Assembly (NCBI RefSeq): GCF_000143415.4
Contig: NW_003314307.1
Location: forward strand, 1,158,952-1,222,951
DNA length: 64,000 nucleotides
Direction: 5' to 3'
Source of the DNA: Selaginella moellendorffii
Lineage: Eukaryota; Plantae; Lycopodiophyta
Shown here: positions 37,792 to 48,500 of the stretch, piece after piece
Numbering within the stretch: the first letter of the stretch is position 1
How the letters are laid out: each line of letters opens with the position of its first letter
Notes under the pieces: model-generated
The model's database searches: none
Told to the model about the DNA's origin: nothing
What the model saw: only the letters and a program-made list of their open reading frames with translations
Made by a program: the position numbers and the translations under genes

Positions 37792-39435
37792 AAGCTCTAT
37801 TTCATTAAAGTGGGATTTATTCAGTAAAATGGGACTAGGTACAAATTTTCAAGTATTTGAAAATGACGTGAAATTACATGTTTTTTGTCCAGGGGCTAGA
37901 CATATCTGGGGCATGGTGACTAGCGCGGTGACTTTGTGTCCAGACTGAGTCCATCTGGTTGTATAATAAATCTTATTGTCAAAGTGAACAAGCCGAATCT
38001 GAAGCTAAAGAAGAGCGATGGCATGCACGCACACACTATTTGTTTGTTCATTGAGCGTGTGGTGAGCTTTCCAAGATGAGCGTCATTCCTATTAGCCAAA
38101 CATATAACTTAATGGTGAGAACATTTAGATATTATTCAATGTTATCTTTTTCTAACGAATCTAATTGTGAAGGTGTAGCAAGAGGCATTGCTAGTCTGGA
38201 GAAGTCATTTAACTCATTTGACCCTTAGTGTATTTTCATGAAACTAAATAACATTCATATTATTAAGGAATTTCTCTAGTACCTTTTTTTTACGACATAG
38301 AGGCTTGCATTTCTTTCAAAGGTGATTTAGTAAAAGGCCTGAGGGCACATGCCATTCTATTTCTCAGACCGGTATTAAGATATACTAGTGCAAAGGGAAA
38401 AAGGTATTTGGTGATCAAGTAAATGGCATGAGGGCACACGCCATTATAAGCCTAAGCGCTAGTGGACACCTCCTTTTTGGTACTCTCAGCGGTACTATCA
38501 TCCTTTTCCGGGTCAGTTGTTTTGCTTTGGATTGTTGTCTCTGACGTTATTGGGGCATTCTTGATAATTGTTAATGTTGCCGTTTGTTCAGAAAAATGAT
38601 CACCTGGAGTATAGTACGGGGAGTTTGGAAGACTTATATATTCTACATCTTCACCTATCTCCTTCTCCGTCTCCTTTTCTGCCTCACTTATAAATTTTGT
38701 GCTTGCCATGAGAACGCTCTTCACCCTAAAATATGGAGTTCGTTGTGTTATAAAAGGAAACCAACACACACGCTGCAAGGGAATGATGGTACATAAAGCA
38801 CGTAAGCCCACAATATGGGTTTATGTGCCATTAATATGGGCCACATGCCATATTATTAAATTTATGCACGTGTGATTGGTAAATGCATATGTCACATCAT
38901 CTTTGTTTTACCTCACACACTATATCAGGCCTAATGAACCATATCACATGTGCGCATATGCTATATATATGGAGAAGTATTATGCAAGGATAGAAAAATT
39001 CAATGCATGATTGTGGAGAGCAATGGCATGAAGCCACATGCTAAATACATTTTAGAGAAAGAATTAAAATAGAAACATGCAAATAGTACTGAGTGGACCA
39101 AGACTTAGAAGTGCACAATTGAATGAGGTATTTCTAATAAATATTTCACTCACCTCATATAGGAATGGCTACCACTCTCAAATGGCGTATCGCCTCATGC
39201 CATCACCTCGCAATTTGTTATAACAATCCGATGAATTCATATTCGGCTTGTTCACCTTGAACTTTAAGTAAGATTTGCTAGAACAACTAAGAATTTATAC
39301 TTGTTATTTGTATCATCTCACCTAGGAATGGTGTAAGGCCACATGCCATCACGCCTCCTCTGATTTAGATTCGGATTGTTCACCTTGAAATAAAATACAT
39401 TAGAAACTTAGTAAAGGAATATTAATGAATCTCAC

Positions 39436-42247
39436 CTTGAACCCGGGTTATGAATGCTCTTGCTGCATCTCTTGCATGGTCTGGCAAGGTGATGGTGGCA
39501 CTCTGCTTCCGCATCCAACCATGCACAACATTATCCACCGATATGCTCATGCTGGGATCCCTTGGATTCAGCACCTATCTCTTTTCTAGGCAATCCTTCG
39601 TATATCCGGAACTTGGCTTGAACCACTCCACAGTTACATTGAAGGAGTTAGTTTCCACGTCCTCCTCTGCATCAGTGATGCAGCGCCCCACCCATATCAT
39701 TTGTTTTTTATTACTGGGTCTAACAAGCACGACCATTCCTTTGCAGACCTGTACTGGATTGAATGCTGAATCCGGCTTCTTGTTCCTCGGCCCACAATAG
39801 TGATCCTCAACATCGTTATCTGTCATTGCATTTCCAGAGGACATTGTTCCGCTACTATCTGGTGCTTTGGGTTCTGGCCAAAAGGACTCTTCCAATTCTT
39901 CATATACAACCGGCCCATTTTGGATAGCAGATATAATCTTCTCCCAGTATTTGAGCAAAGGCTTGCACCTCTGAAAATAGGATTCTCCACCAAACACCAA
40001 CCCCCTCTTCCAGAAGGCAATATGCTGTCTAATCCTAGCCACTATACTTTCCTGGTCTTTGAGTCCATCCGGGTGAATCGGCCGTGGGGAACCCTGAGGA
40101 ATCATAGGTTCCCCAGTTATGGGATCTCTCTTGAAGAGTTCAATGCCGTCCCCTAGCAGCCATACTGTGTCCCATTCTCTCATCTTGTACCTCATCACTG
40201 GAGCACTGTCACGCATGTTGAAATGAAACTGAAGAGGCTTGGAGTGGCCAATCAGCGTTTCGGATCCGTCCCTGATGTAGCCTCTTACAAACCCTTTAAA
40301 GTCTGGAACCTCTGTCACAAGTGCAACTTCAACAGTGCCTTTGATGCAATTTTGGAATTCATCGTAGAGTTGTGGGAGGGTGAGGACATTGGATCGCCGG
40401 AGGGACTCTGCCAGGTGACTGAACATGGCATCGACGTCTTCATGAGTGTGCCCAACCATGAGAAAGCCAAGTGTAACCGTTTCAAATATGCCTTTGGCAA
40501 CAAGCATCGCCAAGTACGCGAAGACGTACATGTTTTTGTTCTCACTGCCAGCATTGTCTGTTTGGAGCAGAAGATGGGGTGGAAGGCCACATCGGCCGCA
40601 AGAACTTCCTTGAGATTCTTCTTCGTTTGGATGAGGCTGTGCATTCACCGGGTGACCAGCCTCGTCGGAATGGCATGAGGCCTCACGTGATAACCCTACA
40701 ATCTGACGGCCAACATATTCATTGGGATGGCATGGGGCCCCACGCGATACTACAAGCCTTTGCTCCTCCTCCAGCTGAACCCTGTATGGGGTTCGATCGA
40801 CAAGGGCCTTATGCAAGGGTTGGCCGTTCAGCTCAGTCTGCGCACTTTGTAGAGACCTTAAGTGTTTTGCTAGGGACACAATCATCATGTTTGCACCCCC
40901 GCCACCCCATAGAGGTACAAAGAAGTTCCCATAGTTCTGGGCACCATGCCCATGAGCGATTATGCCAAACAGAGACACAGGCAGCTGCATGGATGAAGAG
41001 ATTGCCTTGGGGGCAGGATTGAGTCGAGGTAAGCACGTCTTTTTCTGGTCCATTTTGTCGTGGATGATGCAGAGGTAAGAGTCAGGTCTCTCCATGGAGA
41101 GAATCCTGTTATGATAATATGCAGTCCTGCAGCTTCTCTGCTCGATGTTGTGGTCGAGCTGCCTTCTAACCAACGTCTCTCGCTCTTGAGCGATGCAAGA
41201 ATTCTTCGACAAAGCCATTTTGATAGCAGTGCACTCGTCACACTTTGAAAAGCTGGAGTACTTTCCTATACTCACATCCCTGAACCTGTTGCTCCACAAT
41301 CTACTAAATCTAGATTGGCTCAGCTTCCTGTAGCCATTACTCTGGAGTTCCCGATTCACATCTTCCAATATGGCCCCCTTGGTATACATGGAAGGGAGAA
41401 CTCGTTGGGTGTCTCGAGTTCCATCTTCCAAGAGGCGGGTTTTATGTGGTTGCTGCTCATTACATGTTTTGACAAACCTCTTGAAGATTGCCTCTCCATA
41501 TACAACATGACCCCTGGTTTTGTGAGTACCGTCGTTCCCATGGACTGCCTGTTGAACCCTTTGTTCCTCGAACTCAGTTTTGATTCTATAGAATGTGGTT
41601 CGAGGGACTCCATAAATGATTCTCCATGCCTTCATGCAGACCAAACCCCTCTGGAAGACCATGCCCCCCACCTGATGTTCTAAAGCATCAACAGATGACC
41701 GTAATGCCTCATACACAAAATTGCGAGCTGCCTTCTAGGACAATGTCTTGTATCTTGCTTTCTCCTCTTTAATAGCATCCCAATCAGCATGTTGACAGCA
41801 CTTCCTCTTGCAACAAGCAACTGTCGAGACCATTCGAACCTCCATCGCCATTTTTTGCCTTTTCGGTTCGTTGCTCAGATCCCTTTGGCTGCGCTTTAGG
41901 AAGGTGTACTTTCTTTTCCCATGAAGAGATGTTCTGTCATCAGTTGTAGTGGTGTTTGATTGTGAATCCTTCACATTCTCAAACACTAAGTGCCTCAATT
42001 TCCACTGCACAATGCTTCCAATTGTCAGACTGTTTTCTTTTGTGTCAACAACCTCTAAAATCGCAACTCCAATATCATCCCAGCCCAATTCTTGATTAGC
42101 AACCGCATCTCTTGGATCGACAACTGTGGCTAAGCCCTCAGCTACCACCTCCCCCTCGGGGTTGTTTAGAAACACCTTTGCCTGAATCCATGTAGCACGG
42201 TTCTTAAGATCCACGGAGGGAACATGCGTCGCACTTGCGGAGGCCAT
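39436..42247 (-). pseudogene. DDD transposase (Sola1-like motif set) with two in-frame TAG stops
   Basis: ORFs 42247-41735 and 41716-39575 share a frame and are separated by one TAG. The frame continues past a second TAG (39577-39575) to a GT donor at 39435. Motifs SKCDEC...H, IIHDKMDQKKT, LLQTDNAGSENKN and FLMVGHTHEDVDAMFS. Confidence 0.85.
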
Positions 42248-42649
42248 TCTGAAAGTGCAGAAAAGAAGTTAAGACCATACAAAAAATGATTGGAGAATGG
42301 CCTAAATCATAACATACCAAACAACCTCAATAGCATGAGGCCACATGCCATTATTCAAACATGCTATTGACACCCACGCGAAATTTCGCATTCACAAAAT
42401 TGGCATGAGCCCTCATGCCATTAGTGGTACCGTAGCGCTGCTCGCACCACTGCAACTGCTCGTAGCGCCGCTTGCACAAACTGCCACTCGCATAAACTGC
42501 CGTTCGCAATGCCGCAACCGCTCGTAGATGCATAAACCATAGCTCACAACGCCGCTTACACAAGCAGCGCTCACTACGCTCAGCGGAACCAAGAACACGG
42601 CGCACAAAAATGATAGACCTAGGAATGAGTTCGAGAATTCAAAAATAAC

Positions 42650-44590
42650 ACACGCTTGAACGTCACATCAAATCCTCTGACAAACCAAATCTTATGATTC
42701 CTCTGACAAATTTCAAACTGAGTAGCTTCTAGACTTTGCTGTCGGACGTTGCACTTTGTCACATCATGTCCTTGCCTCGATCCAGCTGTGCCATGTTAGT
42801 GATTCGAACTTTGCCATGCCATGTCAGCGATCCGCGCCAAGATTATTCGCCGTGTAAAGGAATAATTATGTTGTGTGTGTACGTCCATTTATGGCAATAT
42901 AACGACACACGCCATTCAAAAAATAATGCTAGTCGAGCATTTTTTGGTGCATTTTTGGGTTCAAAATTGCATGAGCCCACATGCTATAAAGTTTACTTGT
43001 ACCAAAAATAGAAACAGCTTTATTTACTTGGGAATTTAAGTGGTTGAGGCATTTTTAAACTTACAAACACATGCCCTACTTACATTCCTTTGGTTGCTTA
43101 AAATTCAAAAATATTATAAACCTTTCTTTTTGCATTTTCAATGTTTTCAATTATGGTTTTTGATTTTCGCAGGACCAGCCTAGTAATCTATTTGCATCCC
43201 GTCATGTTTATAGCTAGCTTTCGTTTGTCCCCTTCGCTAGCCTGAGATACATCTGCTCGGCATTTGCCTCTTACAGCATTTGCCCAGAAAGGGCATCTTT
43301 CTTCACGCAGCATTTGCCACATGTTTAGGGTTTAGGGTTTAGGGTTTAGCAATTCAGTAGCTTGATAAACATGCAAATACAGAACTTGATGCAAAATCCT
43401 TGGATATGTCACAATGCCCCTAGGACCATAAACACATTTCAATAGAGAGGGTCCTTTCATTTCATAACTCCTTATGTAGATCTTGGTGAAACCAGAGTTA
43501 GTGAAGTTAGTTTCTTGTGATCCCGCATCTGATTGTGATATCCCTTTGCAGTGTCAATGGAAAGGTCAATGCACACCAAACTGTAAAATCTTGGAGCAAA
43601 ATAACGGTCGGATCTATGGCAAATGCCCCTGAAACATTGTAAGGCTCGTGTGGTCTTATGTGGTGTCCGATCGAGATGCTGCTTTGCAGGGTCATCAAGA
43701 AAGACATTGTATACCATTCTGTAAAATCTAGTTGCGATCTAACGGTTGGATCTCCAGAAAACTCAAAAACATCTCGCACGTGTCAAAATATTCTAGGAAT
43801 ATACTCCTATATGCCCCTTAAAATGGCATGCGGCCCCACGCCATTCAAGAGATAACGCCAGATGACGCCGAGCATTTTTTGGTGCATTTTTTGGGATCAA
43901 AATTGCATGAGCCCACACGCTTGAACGTCACATCAAATCCTCTAACAAACCAGATCTTATAATTCCTCTGACAAATTTCAAACTGAGTAGCTTCTAGACT
44001 TTGCTGTCGGACGTTGAACTTTGTCACATCATGTCCTTGCCTCGATCCAGCTGTGCCATGTCAGTGATTCGAACTTTGCCATGCCATGTCAGCGATCCGT
44101 GCCAAGATTATTCACCGTGTAACTTCTCGGCATTTGCCTCTTACAGCATTTGCCCAGAAAGGGCATCTTTCTTCACACAGCATTTGCCACATATTTAGGG
44201 AGGGTTTAGGGTTTAGCAATTTAGTAGCTTGATAAACATGCAAATACAGAACTTGATGCAAAATCCTTTGATATGTCACAATGCCCCTAGGACCATAAAC
44301 ACATTTCAATAGAGAGGGTCCTTTCATTTCATAACTCCTTACGTAGATCTTGGTGAAACCAGAGTTAGTGAAGTTGGTTTCTTGTGATCCCGCATCTGAT
44401 TGTGATGTCCCTTTGCAGTGTCGATAGAAAGGTCAATGCACACCAAACTGCAGAATCTTGGAGCAAAATAACGGTCAGATCTATGGCAAATGCCCCTGAA
44501 ACATTGTAAGGCTCGTGTGGTCTCATGTGGTGTCTAATCGAGATGCTTATTTGCAGGGTCATCAAGAAGGACATTGTATACCATTCTTTA
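42650..44590 (+). repeat. Internal direct duplication within the transposon's intergenic region
   Basis: ~42650-42857 matches ~43915-44121, and ~43256-43720 matches ~44126-44588, both at high identity. Confidence 0.9.
43324..43349 (+). repeat. Short interstitial plant telomeric repeat (TTTAGGG)3+
   Basis: TTTAGGGTTTAGGGTTTAGGGTTTAG; a degenerate copy lies at ~44194-44216. Confidence 0.85.
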
Positions 44591-45504
44591 TTTAGCTGAA
44601 CATTTGGCATTTTTGGAAATACAAGATGCTTTGGAATATCCAATCATGCATGGTATAAATATAGCGAGGGTATTAAATGATATCCCAATCATGATCTTTC
44701 TTTTGGATTTCGCGTGCATGCAGTCCGAGGAATGATGACGTTGCAGATTTCTTTTGGATTTCACGTGCATGCATGCGCGCGGCGATCCAGAAATTAATGG
44801 TGGCGCCCAAGTCCGAGGAATGATGATGTTGCGGGATTACCAACCGTCGTGACATTTCGCGCGTGTGAGGTTAGGTTTTGCATTTTGCTTCGTACTCGCA
44901 CTCGCACACTTGCGCTCGCATCGCGCTCCCACTCGCGATCACACTCACATTCGCGCTCATCTACCTTCTCTACAGGTTTCTCGTGTGCATCGGCGTCCAC
45001 TCGCGCTTGCATCACACTCGCGCTCGCATCGCGCTTGTGTGCATCGGCGTCCACTTCAAGACACACCCAGTTTGTAACTTCGCCGCCAACTCCGCCGCCC
45101 ACTCCGCCACCCACACGCAGCCCACTTGGCATCCCGGGAGATTTCAGCGCCACTCTCCAACTGTAAGTGGCAGAGTAGCCTTGCTGCTACAATCCGCTGC
45201 ACACACAGTGCACATTCGCCAGCGACTCCGGCCTCGATTGTCACGCCTCCATTCGGCTTTAAATGGTAAGTCTTTTAGGCCAAGTAGAAAATGGCATGAG
45301 GCCACATGCCATTCAGTAGCAACATTGGCATGCATCGATTGGGCTCTCGAGTGCAGTCCGGTTACAGATGGCGTGTAGCCTCACGCCATCTTAGGATGCA
45401 GCCTCAAGACATCTGATGCAGTGGTGAATGGCGTGTAGCCTCACGTTATTTCCAGCTGCTAGCTTTTCATCTATCAGCTCTAATTATTGTGCATTTCTAA
45501 ACAG

Positions 45505-48500
45505 GCGAGGAATTGCGTTCTTCTTCCAGCCACTGTCAATGTGGATGCAGAGAAGGGGGAGGAGCTCACCAGTTGGACTTTCGGGATGGAAGGCGAGGAT
45601 CTGAGGCTGTACAACACAGATGGTGGGAGAAAAGAATGCATGGGGATCCTCATCCAAGTGACAGACACTCCATGCAGTTCCATGCAAGAATATGGACTGG
45701 CACTTGTGGTAGAGACAGCGTCCGCCTTCAAGATCCACCTTGCACATCCTAGCGGCTTCAAGACCTCACCTTCAAGACCTCACCTACGGCGATGTTCGAA
45801 AACTATATTCCAACATTGAGCCGTTGAGAGTGCCTCCAGTTCGCAAAGCGAAGGGGAAGGGGGTCGATCTGGAAACTACCCCGAAGCAGAAAAGGGTGGT
45901 CAAGCTCAAGCCGACGTCCGACTCTCTTGCTCCAAAAAAGAAGCTACTCGGTGATGCCATTGCCTCGGGTTCGAACACTACACCCACCAAAAAGAAGAGC
46001 CGCAAAGAGCAGAAAGAGCAAGAAGAGGCAGCAAAAATCGTCGCAGATAATAGTACTTGTTACTATTCCAACAAAGTATATACAATCGACGTGAGCCACA
46101 TCGACATCCAAAGCAAATACAACCACAGGCTAGTATCTGATAAGTGGGTGGAGAAACTGAAGCAGAAGATGCTGGCAAGTCCAGTAACACCCGACATCGC
46201 AGACGTGATCCCCTACTACCGAACAATGAAGGGCGAGACGAGGTTTCCAGACTTGATCAATAGGAAGGTGTTGGACGATCAGAACATCCAGTTCTATGCC
46301 GTCTCCGGGTAGCATTCTAGCTTGGCGATGCAACAGATAGTTGTGGATATTATGGTGGGCGAGGAGGTGAAGAAAGTCTTCAAGACAAGAGTTGTCCGCC
46401 TGATAAAAGGCAACTCGCCCCTCCGATCTATCATATACATCTCCCATGCACAGAATGTCAAGCAAGAAACGTGCTACAAATCGGGTCTACACGAGACATT
46501 GGCACGAACACGAAAGCTCTGGGTTCAACTGAAGAAGCCACAAAAACCAGGACAAGGATGTGCACTAGCAACTAGCGCCTGGCAAGTAAGCCTCGTTGCA
46601 TGTGGCATAGCATGTGGCCTCACGCCATTTCCATTGCAGGAATTCTCGAGTCTTCTCTCGAAAACACTGGGGGTCAATGACACACTCAGCATCCATAACA
46701 TTCTACTCGTGACAAAAGTTGTTTTTGACAAATGGGTAGATGTGCTGAGGAGGTACCATGACGGGGAGTTGCTAAACTCAATGGGTGTGGAGGACGGCCA
46801 GAAGCCCAATGATTTGAAGCTCAACGCCTTGCATTTCTCGCAGTCTCTAGACGACGATGACCTTTTGACAGTGGCTAATGCTCTTCTACGTGGTGAGGTA
46901 GTCTTCAACAAGACCAAAATGACTCCCGGCCATATTGTGACATACGAGGACTTGTGCACGACTCTGAGAGCTCGTGCGCTATTGAAGGATTGGATCTTCA
47001 AGCAAGTGGCCGTGGAGAGGGTGAGCATCGACACCACGCAAGAGATGATGGAAGCGCTGGAGTTGTCAAATGAAGACATCGACGACTACGTGAAGGGGGC
47101 CCCCAAGTTCATTGATCTGCTGCGAAATGCCACGAAAAGTAAAGCTGAGAAGTTGGATCAGTATCCAAATTTCATTAAGAGGGATGTCGACCGCCGGCTT
47201 CAGAAACAGCTCGACCCCGCAGCAGAGGCCTATCGAGAACCTTACCGGGTATACGTGAATTCGGATGAGGATCAAAGGTGGAGGAGCATCGTTTCCCGCG
47301 GAGATGAGCAGGTCAAGAACATCTTTTGTGTGATGGACTTCACAAACAAGGAGATCACTCATGCAGACGAAGTCAGCTCCATCATTGACTTAATGGTGGG
47401 ACTTGCGAAGGTGGAATCTTCAGTCCACTATATGATCTACGACTCCGAATCCTATCACAAGTTCTGGAAGGCCTTGAACGAGGTGAAGGCTCGGTTGAAA
47501 GGCAAGGAGATGCGGGAGATCCATGGGATAATGGCTAAGAAGAAGATACCGACGAATGTCCGCATCTTCACACTCGCCCTTGTTATTGGTCCTACAGCAG
47601 AGTGGGACTGGAGTGACTTCCCAGCTTCGTTCGACAAGGCTGATCGAATTGATCTGAGGGAGGTCAATTTACCCGTGCCTGAGGAACTGAAGACGGCTAT
47701 GGAGCTTTCGAATCCAGAGAAAGCTCCAAGTGCAGCATGGGAAATGCTCAGCTGGGTCTTCAACGCAATAGCGGATGGGTCACCTGCTTCCGACTCCAAG
47801 GGCAAATGCGTTGTCGAGTACAACTGCGGTGGACTATTCTTTCGAGCCGCACTACTCAAGGGTGTCCCATGTGTTGCGGTGACAAACTCCATTGAAGAGG
47901 TGACTTCAATGGAGTATATAATTACAGTTGCCAAAGAAAAACAGTATCTTCTCTGCGAACCTGGTGAGTACGCACTTTAAGTTTAAATGTTATCTCACAA
48001 GCTCTGTATGCAGGAGCATGGCCACCCCCAAATGCTGAAATGGCGTTAACAGCTACTGTTGAAGATACCCATGTTGGGCCAAGCTCACAACCTGCACAAG
48101 GTAAGGTCACGTGAGGCCTCACGCCATTTTGATTATAGATCGTTGTGAATATTCAGACATGAGGACTGAAAAACACACTGGTGGCGCGTCGAAGAAGGAC
48201 AAACAGACAAGCAATAGGAAAAAAGGAGGTACAAATTATATTTGCAATGGCGTGTGGTCTCATGCCATTCCTTGCAGGAGACACTTCTTCAAAGGCAAAA
48301 CAGGCAAGCACCAGCCAAGTACAACGGACGAGAGGTACCAATCATTTTTGTTATACGTGAATTCTCATGCCATTGCTTCTTGCAGCTCAAATTCCAAAGA
48401 GACTAGGGCAAGCAGCGCAGACCTCACAACAAGAACCTGAAGGTTTGATGGCGTGTGGCCCCACGCAATTAACTAATGTTCTTGTAGATCGCGTCGAGGA

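Noticed and set aside
38452-38811. Small acidic minus-strand ORF inside the transposon
   Set aside because: Low complexity with no recognisable family; it may be a terminal exon but cannot be supported.
45756-45784. 14-bp tandem duplication as the cause of the cargo-gene frameshift
   Set aside because: Removing one copy does not join the upstream and downstream frames, so it does not explain the shift on its own.
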